Shown piece by piece: positions 20,104 to 31,121 of a DNA stretch of 64,000 bases (position 1 is its first letter; each line of letters begins with the position of its first letter). Origin of the DNA: Pseudomonadota bacterium (GTDB lineage Bacteria; Desulfobacterota; Desulfobacteria; Desulfobacterales; RPRI01); the NCBI GenBank assembly GCA_043825875.1, contig JBDRRF010000038.1:1-64000 (forward strand). Reading direction: 5' to 3'. The notes beneath the pieces were generated by a model, which worked only from the letters and a program-made list of their open reading frames with translations, searched no databases and was not told the DNA's origin. The position numbers and the translations under genes are program-made.

Positions 20104-21663
20104 TCACTTCCCTTCCACATACTGGTTATCTTTTAAAAACTCCAACAACACTGCCATCGTCTCCCGCAAAAAACCATCCATCCTTGCTTGAGCATCTTCA
20201 ACAGATTCAGAAGCTAAAACAGGCGTAATTGGCCTGATAAATAGATCATGGGTATTATCATGCTTAATGGCATTAAGCGCAAGATGAAATCTGTTAATAT
20301 TTATATTATTTGAAGTCTTATTTTTCGTCTGAAACCAATAATACACAAGCTGTTTTTGCCCCATTTTTTCACTGATCATCGCTTTTACTTTGACGACTCC
20401 AAATCCAGCTATACCTTTTATTTCATGTGTATAGGTATCTAATGTGGACCAACCGGATGACGGCATGCAGACATTGGGGCTGTGGAAAAAATTCTCACTT
20501 TCTCCAAAAGCTGAAGATCGATAACCCATGTAAAGATAAATCATCTCCCCCTTTTCATTTTGATAAAAGCCATTAAAAGCATCTTCAGCACCCGATGCCT
20601 TTATCATTTCATCATCAATTTGATCTGAGCGCCCTTGCCAGTTTTTTATTGTGAGGGGAAAAGATGACAAGCCGTTTTTAATTTTAATTGGCGGAAGAGC
20701 GGTAGAAGTATAATTTAAAAGGCCAACAACCATCATTGAGGCAGATGTAATGATAACAGCAAATGTGATGCTTTTTGATTTAACGCAATCGTTTCCTATT
20801 TCCTGTTTATTATCTTTTTTTTGAATGGCTGTTATTTTTTGTGGAAAAATCTTTTTGAGAATGAAATGAATAAAAAATAACATGCTGAAGGCAAACATAA
20901 ATACCAGCCAACCAGAAAACCCATGAAAAAATCCCTCAGCGGCTTCGGGACCATAGTATCTAGCCAGGATACCTGTTGCGCCAATTCTGATTCCGTTATT
21001 GAGAATGGCAATCGGAATCGTAGAAAGGGCAAGAAGAACTTGTTTCCACCTGGTCTTTTCGAAGAAGTAAGCGCAAAGAACACCCAAGGCAAACAGTGGC
21101 AAGACATACCGAAGTCCGCTACATGCATTTGCAACTTGCAACTGTGTGAAGCCCAGATCTATGACATTTCCTTCAACGAACACAGATATTCCCGCAAGGA
21201 TGAGGATTGCTTTGCCAAGCAGTGTGGATATTGTTTTAAGATGGATGGTTACATAAGTGCCAAACATTGTTGGCAGCGGAATCATGAAAATCAATATTGA
21301 AAGTGGAAACCCTAATACTTTGAGCATCTCCCAACCAAAGCAGAAGAGGGTTATTGCCAGAATAATAAGAGGGATCGCAGGGCGGACCGCGGACGGACTG
21401 GAACCAAGTATGCCGTAAAGACTGATAATCAGAAAGAAAAAGAAAAATACACCGCCAGTCCAGTTAATACTGATCGGAGTATTTGCTATCTGGCAGCGCC
21501 TTTCCCATATTATGTATCCAGTTATAAGAGGGATAAGAAAAGCGTATGAATAGTCTTCTTCATTCATCCATACACTGATCAATCCTTTAATAGTCGTCCA
21601 ATAGCATATGAAGAAAGACACCGCTATAATGGCAATGAACCAATATAACTTATTCTTCCCCAC
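20104..21663 (-). CDS. Exosortase with fused EpsI domain (probably XrtD/VPLPA-CTERM type)
   Basis: EDYSYAFLIP, catalytic VANACSGLR (Cys), NNGIR (Arg), FHGFSG (His); EpsI HSPNVCMPSSGW and LVYYWF. Confidence 0.9.
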   Translation of the reverse strand: MGKNKLYWFIAIIAVSFFICYWTTIKGLISVWMNEEDYSYAFLIPLITGYIIWERRCQIANTPISINWTGGVFFFFFLIISLYGILGSSPSAVRPAIPLIILAITLFCFGWEMLKVLGFPLSILIFMIPLPTMFGTYVTIHLKTISTLLGKAILILAGISVFVEGNVIDLGFTQLQVANACSGLRYVLPLFALGVLCAYFFEKTRWKQVLLALSTIPIAILNNGIRIGATGILARYYGPEAAEGFFHGFSGWLVFMFAFSMLFFIHFILKKIFPQKITAIQKKDNKQEIGNDCVKSKSITFAVIITSASMMVVGLLNYTSTALPPIKIKNGLSSFPLTIKNWQGRSDQIDDEMIKASGAEDAFNGFYQNEKGEMIYLYMGYRSSAFGESENFFHSPNVCMPSSGWSTLDTYTHEIKGIAGFGVVKVKAMISEKMGQKQLVYYWFQTKNKTSNNININRFHLALNAIKHDNTHDLFIRPITPVLASESVEDAQARMDGFLRETMAVLLEFLKDNQYVEGK

Positions 21664-21710
21664 ACCAGATTTTTCAGTAAAGTTAATGGCCTACCTCCTT
21701 CCAATGAACT

Positions 21711-22298
21711 TCAGTCAAGGTATTCTTGGTTAACATCATCAGGCATAAAAGTTCTTACAACTTTTGCTGGCACGCCTATAGCAATAGAATAGTCTGGTAT
21801 AGATTCGGTCACAACAGAACCAGCCCCTACTATTGCACATTCTCCAATTATAACACCGGGCATGATAATGCATTGAGCACCTATATAGCAGCCTTTTTTT
21901 AGAACAACGCCTTCCTTATTAGTTCTATTATTCTTATTGAGTATCCTTTCCAAATGTATGGGATTAAAACTATGCCCAATAATGAATGTACGGGAAATAA
22001 TAGTCACGAAATCTTCGATGATAATGATTTCGGGATATGTGTTGTCTATAAAAACATCAGACCCAATAAAAACGCCATTACCGATTTTTACGCCTCGCAA
22101 TCGATGTAAAGCAACGCGCCATGCCGGAAACATTGGTATAGATCGCGCTATAGAATGTATAAGTCTGTTGAATACTGACCGTATCGCTCTTAAGCCCTTA
22201 AATTCACTCTCAAGAGGTATTTGCCCCATCAGACTTTTATTTCTGGTTTTTCTTTTTCTTATCTTTTCCATATATATGATGATAGTAAAGATGATCAA
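21711..22298 (-). CDS. Hexapeptide-repeat O-acyltransferase
   Basis: GVKIGNGVFIG, IGAQCIIMPGVIIG, GVPAKV; start uncertain. Confidence 0.88.
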   Translation of the reverse strand: MIIFTIIIYMEKIRKRKTRNKSLMGQIPLESEFKGLRAIRSVFNRLIHSIARSIPMFPAWRVALHRLRGVKIGNGVFIGSDVFIDNTYPEIIIIEDFVTIISRTFIIGHSFNPIHLERILNKNNRTNKEGVVLKKGCYIGAQCIIMPGVIIGECAIVGAGSVVTESIPDYSIAIGVPAKVVRTFMPDDVNQEYLD

Positions 22299-23415
22299 AC
22301 TGCTCTGTTGTTTTATCCCAATTATATTTATTCATGCCCATTTTTCTTGCTTTATCACCCATTATCAGTAGAAATTCCACTTTGGAAGATATTATTTTTT
22401 TCACACTATTAACAAATTGCTCTTTATCGTCACTTTGAAAAAGAAAACCGTTAACACCATCCTCTATAATTTCTTTGTGCGCTGGAATATCTGATGCGAG
22501 ACAACACCGAGCATAGGCAGCTGCTTCCAAAACCGTAATAGGCAACCCTTCAAATTTTGAAGGTGCAAGCAAACACAGGCAATTACTTAGGAGCTCGGCC
22601 TTTTCATCGCCGATCACCGGACCTGTGAAAATTATTTGTGAATTCCCTAATGCACTCTTAATCATACTTTGATAATAGGCATCCGTTGATGCGTCCTGTG
22701 ATCCACCGGCAATAACAATTTTGATTTTTGGCTCAATAATGTCCGTTAAATTCAGAAGCCAATCAACACGCTTTATTGGATCGATACGGCCAAGAAATAA
22801 AACATAATCCAAGCCTTTTAACCCGTATTTATCCTTTATAATTTGAGCTGTTTTATTGCTCACTTCATCAAGGCCGCTCGGCATAACTTCCGCCGAAATA
22901 TTGGTCATCTGATAAATCTTAGCACTCAAGTGCTTAGCTACCGTTGTTACGGCATCTGCTTTCATCAGACCGGTCATGTATGCTCTTTTAACAACATTGC
23001 GTGCGAACTTACCGTATTTGGGGTTATCCCAACCGGACTCCACACCGTGCGTAGTAATAACGCATTTCTTGCCAAACATCTTAAGCAGAGGCACAAAATA
23101 ATATGAAGCATAACCATGCAAATTAACTACATCATAATCAGAAACCGCGATAAGTAGTGTTGAGAAAAAGGCGTTTGTTAATGCATCTGTTGCCTGATAA
23201 TGCAAGGCTGGTACACGTCTGATTCGTATCCCACAATATGTATCATCTTTGAATTCCTTCAAATACCAGTTAGATCCAAAAACAGTCACATTGTGACCAC
23301 GCAAAACTAATCGTTTACCAATTTCTTCAATATAGGTCTCTATCCCACCCCACTTAGCTGGGATGCCTTTGGTTCCTATCATGGCGATCTTTAACTTTTT
23401 TTCTTCTTCGAACAT
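22237..23415 (-). CDS. Glycosyltransferase family 4
   Basis: IGTKGIPAKWGGIE, FLGRIDPIK, EGLPITVLEA. Confidence 0.92.
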   Translation of the reverse strand: MFEEEKKLKIAMIGTKGIPAKWGGIETYIEEIGKRLVLRGHNVTVFGSNWYLKEFKDDTYCGIRIRRVPALHYQATDALTNAFFSTLLIAVSDYDVVNLHGYASYYFVPLLKMFGKKCVITTHGVESGWDNPKYGKFARNVVKRAYMTGLMKADAVTTVAKHLSAKIYQMTNISAEVMPSGLDEVSNKTAQIIKDKYGLKGLDYVLFLGRIDPIKRVDWLLNLTDIIEPKIKIVIAGGSQDASTDAYYQSMIKSALGNSQIIFTGPVIGDEKAELLSNCLCLLAPSKFEGLPITVLEAAAYARCCLASDIPAHKEIIEDGVNGFLFQSDDKEQFVNSVKKIISSKVEFLLIMGDKARKMGMNKYNWDKTTEQFDHLYYHHIYGKDKKKKNQK

Positions 23416-23448
23416 AAGGCAAACAAACCTAATCGGATATATAACCTA

Positions 23449-24567
23449 TCAATCTGCAGTAACCAGACTGACTGCACTCTGACCCCAATCAAACATGAAT
23501 TTATTACATCTTTCCTGTGACATCCGGCAAAGCCACTTATAATAAACAGTATCGACCGAGGCTTTGCCGATCATATCGGCTAAATCTCTGTCATTGTTCA
23601 AGGGAAACAACAGATCAGTATATTCCAGGAGCTCTTTGATTTCCTCAATATCAGAGCCAATACACGGGACACCGCAGCTGAGAGCTTCCAACAGTGCGTT
23701 TGGCGATCCCTCATATTTGCTCGGAAACACAAAAAAGTCAGAGCAGGCAATGTACTGTAGCGGTTCATCCTGCCATCCGCAGAACAGAACTTTATCGGCC
23801 AATGATAAACTCTGTACCAATACCTCAAGTCGTTTCCTTTCCCCGCTATCCGTTAAATCATCCCCTATAAGCATAAGTTTAACATTTGCATTATTTAGAT
23901 GGGTCATTGCACGGATGATATACTCATGGTTCTTAATCCTGTTTATATCACCCATGGTCGAGAGCAAAAAGGTATCTGGCGTCACATTCAGACGGCTCCG
24001 CAATTCATCCTTCTTTTCTTTCTCGATTCGATATAATGAGTCTATATTATTCGGAAGAACGAATGATTTTTTCTGGGGAATTCGGTATAGTTCTTGATAA
24101 TTTCTTTCAAGTGCAGAGCTGACAAAAACTATTCTCCGGCTTAATTTAATACCGAGATAGTCGATTATAAAAAAAAATGCATTTCTTACTTTATTGCGAC
24201 TATGCTTCATGTTGTCTGCTCTTATGAATGTTGTTGCGGGTATCCTCAAGAGAATGATCGGTAGCGCACATAAAAGAGTATAAAAAGGGCCGAAAGTAAC
24301 AATGCTTTCAATTCGATGAGTCCGGGCAATAAAAAATGATTTGAAAAAGGAGTTAAAAATAAAAAAAAACCAGTAAATCATGTTTTCACTTCTGGAGAAA
24401 GGAAGTGCCGCAATATGCTGATGTATGGCTCTATGCCGGAGAGGTAGATCTTCGGAGCCCATGAAATGGACATGATGTCCGGCATTGCACAGATCCTCAT
24501 AAAGCTTATACAGTCGTTTATTAAATCCACCCCTCTTATTTTTATAGAACATTGAAAGAATAATCAT
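23449..24567 (-). CDS. Glycosyltransferase family 4
   Basis: PSKYEGSPNALLEA (EX7E) motif. Confidence 0.9.
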   Translation of the reverse strand: MIILSMFYKNKRGGFNKRLYKLYEDLCNAGHHVHFMGSEDLPLRHRAIHQHIAALPFSRSENMIYWFFFIFNSFFKSFFIARTHRIESIVTFGPFYTLLCALPIILLRIPATTFIRADNMKHSRNKVRNAFFFIIDYLGIKLSRRIVFVSSALERNYQELYRIPQKKSFVLPNNIDSLYRIEKEKKDELRSRLNVTPDTFLLSTMGDINRIKNHEYIIRAMTHLNNANVKLMLIGDDLTDSGERKRLEVLVQSLSLADKVLFCGWQDEPLQYIACSDFFVFPSKYEGSPNALLEALSCGVPCIGSDIEEIKELLEYTDLLFPLNNDRDLADMIGKASVDTVYYKWLCRMSQERCNKFMFDWGQSAVSLVTAD

Positions 24568-24664
24568 AAAAAATGAGCCTTATATGGTACCCTTCATTCC
24601 TTGATAATACACATAATCAGAGCATATTATGCTTTTTCGCACCTGCAAGAGCAGTGACTGATAA

Positions 24665-25861
24665 TTATATTTTTCTGAGATAGGAAAGAAACTTTTGCCC
24701 CTGATTTCTATATTCAAAATTAGATCTGGCAACTTCACGCCCACGTAAACCAATAATTGCAGCAACATCCCGATTTTCAATCAAGTATTCTGCGGCTTCA
24801 ACAATATCCTGGCTGTGTCCTGGTTTGACCAACATAGCGCTCTGACGGTCCACTATAAAATTATCGACATCAGAAACTCGGGAGGCGATAACAGGCTTTC
24901 CGCTGGCCAGATATTCCCCAAGTTTAAAGGGAAAACCAGCATGAGCGTATGGCATATCAATTCTGGTCATACAGAGGATATCGGCCGAGCTCAAAACAGC
25001 ATAATAGGAATCGTCATCAAGATAACCCTTGTATTCAATTTTATCTTTGAACGGAGATACTTCCAAACGGGAAAGGAATGTTTTAGTTGACTCCGAGTCT
25101 CCCCGCCCCGTCAGAATCAGCCGGAGATTGGCGTTTTTCGCGGCAAGCCTCTCGAAGGCCTCCAGCAGAAATATCAAGCCATCTTTCTTACCAAAACTGC
25201 CTGCATAAAATAATGACACTGTCTCTTTTGCGCTGGTAGGCCTGTCAGGAAAGCAATCCATTTTAACAGAAATCGGCCTGTAATGGACAGGCACTTTGCC
25301 TTGCATAAGCTCATGATACTTCTTTTCCAGATGACTGCTGATTACGATGATCCCTGAAGCCAGATGCTTCATTTTGTTAGATATTCTGTTTACAAAACCA
25401 ATGCTCATGCGTTGAAGAAATGAATGAGCCGTAATATGGGCAACATCATAGTCCTCCACAATATCAAAAACAATTTTATAGCCAAGATACTTTGCATAAT
25501 AAAGTGGAAGCCAATTCTCCAAAGCAAGTGGGCCATAATTATAAATAATATTCTTGCCTTCAGAAAGCCGGTTTCTTCTGAAAAATGACATGGCTTTAAA
25601 GTAGAGCTTCGGTAGTGCCATGAGAAGAGTTCGACCATTCACATCGCCCACAGCCGTCTCATATGGTGTTCCGTTGTAGATACCTGAAAGGGGATTATTC
25701 AGGCTGGATTGGCGCAGTACCAGAACACTGGTATAAACGCCTTGTTCCCTGAAGAAATCAATGGCATGTTGTATCCGCTTTGTGCCGGCCATTCCATGAG
25801 GATAGGGAAAACTCCCAACAAAAACAACATTCAGATGTTCTATCATATTTTCAATGCCCAT
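24665..25861 (-). CDS. Glycosyltransferase family 4
   Basis: YAGSFGKKDG, GFPFKLGEYLASGKPVI. Confidence 0.9.
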   Translation of the reverse strand: MGIENMIEHLNVVFVGSFPYPHGMAGTKRIQHAIDFFREQGVYTSVLVLRQSSLNNPLSGIYNGTPYETAVGDVNGRTLLMALPKLYFKAMSFFRRNRLSEGKNIIYNYGPLALENWLPLYYAKYLGYKIVFDIVEDYDVAHITAHSFLQRMSIGFVNRISNKMKHLASGIIVISSHLEKKYHELMQGKVPVHYRPISVKMDCFPDRPTSAKETVSLFYAGSFGKKDGLIFLLEAFERLAAKNANLRLILTGRGDSESTKTFLSRLEVSPFKDKIEYKGYLDDDSYYAVLSSADILCMTRIDMPYAHAGFPFKLGEYLASGKPVIASRVSDVDNFIVDRQSAMLVKPGHSQDIVEAAEYLIENRDVAAIIGLRGREVARSNFEYRNQGQKFLSYLRKI

Positions 25862-26064
25862 AAGAGCAGTGTCAGTTTTCCATTTCAGGAATATCTTTGT
25901 CTTTGATTTTTCTCACGACCTTGGCCAAGTTCAACGCCCCACAAGTGTGTAGGCAATTGCGACAATATGGTGTACCAATTCCTGCCTGCAATTCGGCAGA
26001 AACTATCTACTAAATAGGGGAAATTAGCTTTACTTATTTGTATCATGTAAACCTGATGGATAAT

Positions 26065-27387
26065 TCAATCGTTTATTACCTGCTTATATGCACCTATCAT
26101 AGCAATAGTAGCATAGGTAGTCCCCCAGCTTTCCTTAAAAAGCCAATTAATAATGCCATATATAAACAGGGCAATTATCAATCTTCCGTCTATTTCTTTA
26201 TCAGCTTTTTCCTTTGTGATTATAAGGGTTTTCTTTAAAGTAGAAATAAGAATGGTTATCAGCAGTATAAACCCAACAATCCCTTGAGCTGTAAGAACTT
26301 CAAGAAAGTGATTATGAATGCGCACTCGTATTGGCTTTGTTGTTCCAATCATGCGTATTGGCGGCATTGTATAACCACTCCCAACACCAATCAATGGGCT
26401 TTTTTCCCATTGATTAATTGCCGCTTTATATTGCTCTATTCTGCTATTAGATATTTTATCCAGATTGCCTTTAGTGCTTTGCTCAACCCGCTTAACCACC
26501 AGTTTCAAAAGATAATCTTTTGTCCTTTCAGGCATTGCTATCACACTTACAAATATAAAAAAAAGAAACGCCACTATCCCCGCGAATATCCTCACGGAAA
26601 GGTAAGGTCGAATAAAATACAGGATGCATAGCATCGAGGCTACAAACCTTGCCCGAGAATTCCCTACTATCAGGCCAAAACAAGCAAGTATTGAAAAACA
26701 AATCAACCTCAACGAACTACCTTTTCGAAGGATAAAGAAATAAACCAAACAAATCAGGAGAAGACCCGATTCCCAGTAAACAGGGGGGGTATTTAAGATA
26801 CGCATCTTATGAAGATCGGACAGAGGATACCCGGAAAACACGAAAAAGAAAGCAAATATCAAAACAATTACATGAACGGACATAAGAAGAAAAAATATTG
26901 AACGGATAAGCCGGTTAATGTCATCTCTGGTACACAACACAGCCGGAAGAAGAACAAGTATGGCTATAGTTTGAAGTGCTCTATGCATAACCGGGTTTTG
27001 TGTGAATGTAATAGGAATACCATCTCTGACAGGGTAGAATAATGGGCTTAATGCAGCCCATAGTGCGATTATGAAGGCAAAAACTACGGCTATATTGTAA
27101 CGCCTTTTCGAAAGAGCATCGGCTATCTGTCTTGCATATCTTAATAAAAGCACTGCCGCCAATGGATAGATCGGATAAACTGTAAGCAATGGCTTGAAAG
27201 AGGCAGACCACGGAAATTCCGTATAAATACATAGCATTGCTATTGCCAGATAAGGACGAACAATAGCAATGACTACAAAGAACAAACTCAATGCCAACAA
27301 ACCCATGAGGGAGCCGTCTAAATTCAAAAAATTAATATAGTCAAATGCTTCCATACAGACATAATTCCATAACTGACATTGCACCAA
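26065..27387 (-). CDS. Wzy/O-antigen ligase-like polymerase
   Basis: Multi-TM protein with SR motif, PLIGVGSG and IHNHFLEVL..QGIVG (Wzy_C); true start probably later. Confidence 0.82.
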   Translation of the reverse strand: MVQCQLWNYVCMEAFDYINFLNLDGSLMGLLALSLFFVVIAIVRPYLAIAMLCIYTEFPWSASFKPLLTVYPIYPLAAVLLLRYARQIADALSKRRYNIAVVFAFIIALWAALSPLFYPVRDGIPITFTQNPVMHRALQTIAILVLLPAVLCTRDDINRLIRSIFFLLMSVHVIVLIFAFFFVFSGYPLSDLHKMRILNTPPVYWESGLLLICLVYFFILRKGSSLRLICFSILACFGLIVGNSRARFVASMLCILYFIRPYLSVRIFAGIVAFLFFIFVSVIAMPERTKDYLLKLVVKRVEQSTKGNLDKISNSRIEQYKAAINQWEKSPLIGVGSGYTMPPIRMIGTTKPIRVRIHNHFLEVLTAQGIVGFILLITILISTLKKTLIITKEKADKEIDGRLIIALFIYGIINWLFKESWGTTYATIAMIGAYKQVIND

Positions 27388-27490
27388 TTATTATATAGTT
27401 CATGTTATAATTCAGGCCACTAATTTCTTAGAGACGAGTCTTACAACATGAGTTGTTTGATTTGGTATAAGTTGTTTTCAATGAATACAT

Positions 27491-28654
27491 TTAGTTAGGA
27501 CAGATACTACGTCTCAAATATGATAGCGACTTCTCTCTTTCAAACTGCAGCTTGGCATGAACTTCATCGTAAGCTATATGAATATCTTTTTCTACAGGAA
27601 ACTTGTCCATATACTTGTATAATCTGTTACTCAAGGAAAAGAGGCTCAGCACACTTTGCAATCGAGAGTTTCTTGAATTCGCGCCCAAGATAGGCGAAGC
27701 AACGGAAAAAAAAGGTTTTTCCATATTGAGTGACAAAACAGTTCCATGAAAAGAGTTGGTAATAACTATTTCGGCATTTGCGATATATCCAATAAATTCT
27801 TGAGGACCGGCATCAACAACTGTTTTGACTCTTCTGTCCCACATATCGTTCACATTACCGATCTTATAGACTGTGTATCCTGTTACTTCTTGTATATGAT
27901 AACAAAGATCCATAAGGCCTGGCACATCACCCAAAGCATAACAAAAGATATATGGGCTCTTATTCTTAGTTTCCTTAACGATTTCCTTCCATTCTCCCAT
28001 TGTTAAAAGTAGTGTCGGGTCCAAAACAACCTCTGCAACACGTCCTGTAAGTTTATAAATTAATTCTGCACCTTGTGTTTCACGCACAGATAAATAATGT
28101 ATTTCATTCAACCACTGGCCATATAGTAGCTCAACCTCTTTATTCACCTCGCTAACACCAAAACTTGGCGCATAAGCAATTCGTGGAATTCCCTGAGGTA
28201 CAAAAGTAAGAAAATATGGTTCCGGACTATAAGGGTAAGTGGGATTCCAAACTTGATCACTTCCCGTCACAAAACAATCATAATCAAGTTTGGCAGCATA
28301 AAGATCATCACTACAACAAAAAGATCTATCTGAAAACCTAATATGTGACTGTTCAAATTTGTGAAATCTTGAGCGTTTCCGAATATATACCAAAGACTCC
28401 AGCAACAATCTGGCGGAAGATTTAATCCTTTTCTGCAAACTGATTTGCGGTTCTTTTAATGCATTTATCGCATACTCTTTTAAAGGAGCATTTCTCTTTG
28501 TATATTTATAGTCTGTATGAACAGGCCTAAGAAGATCTATTACTTCACAGTCAACCCCTACTAATGCGGCTATAGACCGTTGTAATGCATATGATTGAAG
28601 AACAGCACCGTAGTTTGTTGATCGTTGAAATGTTAAGATAGCAACTTTAGTCAT
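27491..28654 (-). CDS. Polysaccharide pyruvyltransferase family protein
   Basis: NYGAVLQ, GSDQVWN, SVRE, DPTLL, TNSFHG. Start set at MTKVAIL, overlapping the upstream stop. Confidence 0.9.
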   Translation of the reverse strand: MTKVAILTFQRSTNYGAVLQSYALQRSIAALVGVDCEVIDLLRPVHTDYKYTKRNAPLKEYAINALKEPQISLQKRIKSSARLLLESLVYIRKRSRFHKFEQSHIRFSDRSFCCSDDLYAAKLDYDCFVTGSDQVWNPTYPYSPEPYFLTFVPQGIPRIAYAPSFGVSEVNKEVELLYGQWLNEIHYLSVRETQGAELIYKLTGRVAEVVLDPTLLLTMGEWKEIVKETKNKSPYIFCYALGDVPGLMDLCYHIQEVTGYTVYKIGNVNDMWDRRVKTVVDAGPQEFIGYIANAEIVITNSFHGTVLSLNMEKPFFSVASPILGANSRNSRLQSVLSLFSLSNRLYKYMDKFPVEKDIHIAYDEVHAKLQFEREKSLSYLRRSICPN

Positions 28655-29852
28655 GCTTTGTCTTTTTGAAATACCTTTTAAGAAAAGCAACACCATTAGG
28701 ACCAATTGCCTGTAGGATGGTTCTTGCCAACTTTTGAAACATATTGATTTTTGCTGAAAGTTCATACTTTGAGCACAGCGCTTCAATTGACATTAACGGC
28801 ATATCCATTAAGAATGTATCTCTATCTGGTGGATATACACTTGTTTCATAAAGACGATGGTTCTTTTTCTTCGCTTCAGATAACTGTCGCTCCTCAAGGA
28901 ATAGATCTTTCTTGCAAGCCTGCAAAGCAGTCTCACCGCGGCTGGAATTGACGAGCAAAACGGAAACCCCCTGGGTGATATCATGATGAAACGGGATATC
29001 CTCACCAATGCCCCAGAAATCCCCCAAAGTAACGTCCCCAATTCTGGGAATATGGGCATATTTACATGAATAACATGATCTTCTACTAACCAACCCCTTT
29101 AAGAAAGCTTGTTGATAGTAATCATGCCGCCCATTCAACAAATACTCTTTTTCCGGTGTGGAATGGACAGTAAGAATTGTAGCACGTTTCCATGTCTTTT
29201 TGTCCCTGAATCTTATATCATCAAACTTGTTATACCCCTCTTGCCCTAAAAACTGTAGGTACTCATCAAAGAAGCGTTGTGATGGAACACCATGACACAC
29301 CAGATCGCAAGTCAGCAAATTATCATAATCCTTTTGAAGATAACCATACAGACCTGCAACTTGACATGGCGTACCAGAAAACATGACAGGCAATCCGCCA
29401 TCTAAATAATTAGCAACTTTAGCATAAGCATCACCTATAAAACTTTGTAGATATTTAGCTCCACGTAGCTTGTGTAAATCAGCAAGATTTTTTACCGCAT
29501 GATGCCTAAGTTTGAAGTCACTATCAAATGCCGCTCCAAAGACGACTCCTGATTGGTTTAATATATAATCCGCAAAAACTGTAAAGATCCCACCGGAACT
29601 ACTGTCCGTTCTGATTGGTTTGTCTTTACTCCAAGCTGCATAAACTGTAGGTGCATCAAATCTTAATTTATGAACATCTGTTACTAATGGGCATGTATCA
29701 AGGCACATGTCACAGTTCGTACATTTCTCTGCATTTATCTCAGGCACAAGAAAACCTTCATGGTTTTCGTGCAGAGTAATAGCCCCAGACGGACAAATAC
29801 TCACACATGCTGCACATCCAGTGCATTGATTTTCAGAACATAACATAGCCAT
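28647..29852 (-). CDS. FrhB/F420H2-dehydrogenase-like Fe-S protein
   Basis: Two CxxCxxCxxxCP ferredoxin motifs, SSSGG, GTPCQ, CHGVPS, GDFWG. Confidence 0.88.
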   Translation of the reverse strand: MAMLCSENQCTGCAACVSICPSGAITLHENHEGFLVPEINAEKCTNCDMCLDTCPLVTDVHKLRFDAPTVYAAWSKDKPIRTDSSSGGIFTVFADYILNQSGVVFGAAFDSDFKLRHHAVKNLADLHKLRGAKYLQSFIGDAYAKVANYLDGGLPVMFSGTPCQVAGLYGYLQKDYDNLLTCDLVCHGVPSQRFFDEYLQFLGQEGYNKFDDIRFRDKKTWKRATILTVHSTPEKEYLLNGRHDYYQQAFLKGLVSRRSCYSCKYAHIPRIGDVTLGDFWGIGEDIPFHHDITQGVSVLLVNSSRGETALQACKKDLFLEERQLSEAKKKNHRLYETSVYPPDRDTFLMDMPLMSIEALCSKYELSAKINMFQKLARTILQAIGPNGVAFLKRYFKKTKHD

Positions 29853-29898
29853 TTATAAACTGTACATTAATAAATGTATGTGCCACTGTAATAAAGAT

Positions 29899-31020
29899 TT
29901 AGGCATTAAGTGCATTAGTAAGGTATTGAAGAGATTTTTTCCTCATATCGTTAAGCCGCTTGTTAACAACATCGTAGTCAGGCTGAATGCGGGACAATTC
30001 AGGTAACTCTGAATTTATCGGAAGTATTTGGTTAGGCATTTGTAGTCCCTCAAGCAAGTTTCTCTGACGGCAATCTGACGTTGGTTTTTCACTTACCAGA
30101 GAAACAAAAGTCTTCTCAAAGCTAATAGCAAAAACGCTGCCATGAAAGGAAGTTGTGAGAACAATTTCCGCATTGGCAAACCAACCGAGAAATTCTCGCG
30201 GGCCTGCGTTAAAAATCGCATGAATCTTAGAATTGAGTATTTTCTTTATTGTATAGGGCAACAGAATCACGAGTTCATATCCGGTATTCTTTTTGAGATT
30301 CATTGCTAATATTTCAGCATAGGGTTGTGGGTTGAAGCTATATTCCAGGAAATAACATAAAATATACTTTTTCTTCAAACGAGGTTGGATTGCAAGCCTT
30401 CTCCATTCATCAGATGTAAGTAAAAGGGTCGGATCAAGAACCTCTTCAGAAGAACGCCCGATCAGATCAGCAATAATATGAGTTCCAGACCGCTCCCGGA
30501 CCGACAAATTGGAATACTTTCTTAAGTGTTTTTTATACAATTCCGCATAGTGCTGATCAAAACTGTCATTTCCAAAACTGGCAGCATAGGCTATTCGTTT
30601 GGCGCTTTCAGGGGCAAACTCAAGGAGAAAAGTTGGATCGGCAAGCATGTACTTCGTATTCCACACTTGGTCACTTCCGGTAATGTAGATATCATACTCG
30701 GGCTTGCATTCATGCAAGGATGACATGGTTTTATATTGATCATTTGATAATATAATATAGTTGGTAAGAAATTCGGCAAAAGCTTCTTCTCTTCTCCTTC
30801 TTCCTGTAATCATGTCAGCAATTATCAATTTTAATTTGCTATATAGAGAGGATTTTTCAGAATTAGGGGGCTTTGGTTTTTGATGATAGTTATTGGGGTA
30901 AAGATAATCGATAACTTCACAATCATATCCTATATTTATTATGCTTCTCTGCAGAGCATATGTCTGTAAGATTGACCCGTAATTCGGAACACGATGAATT
31001 GTGACCATACCGACTTTCAT
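29899..31020 (-). CDS. Polysaccharide pyruvyltransferase family protein
   Basis: NYGSILQ, GSDQVWN, SVRE, DPTLL, TTSFHG. Confidence 0.9.
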   Translation of the reverse strand: MKVGMVTIHRVPNYGSILQTYALQRSIINIGYDCEVIDYLYPNNYHQKPKPPNSEKSSLYSKLKLIIADMITGRRRREEAFAEFLTNYIILSNDQYKTMSSLHECKPEYDIYITGSDQVWNTKYMLADPTFLLEFAPESAKRIAYAASFGNDSFDQHYAELYKKHLRKYSNLSVRERSGTHIIADLIGRSSEEVLDPTLLLTSDEWRRLAIQPRLKKKYILCYFLEYSFNPQPYAEILAMNLKKNTGYELVILLPYTIKKILNSKIHAIFNAGPREFLGWFANAEIVLTTSFHGSVFAISFEKTFVSLVSEKPTSDCRQRNLLEGLQMPNQILPINSELPELSRIQPDYDVVNKRLNDMRKKSLQYLTNALNA

Positions 31021-31121
31021 GAAATACTCCTATCATGATAATAACTAATTCTTCAATAGTAGATGTTCTTCAAATATTTTTAGCTAATTTTCGCTAAATA
31101 TTCTGGCATTAGATGCTCGTG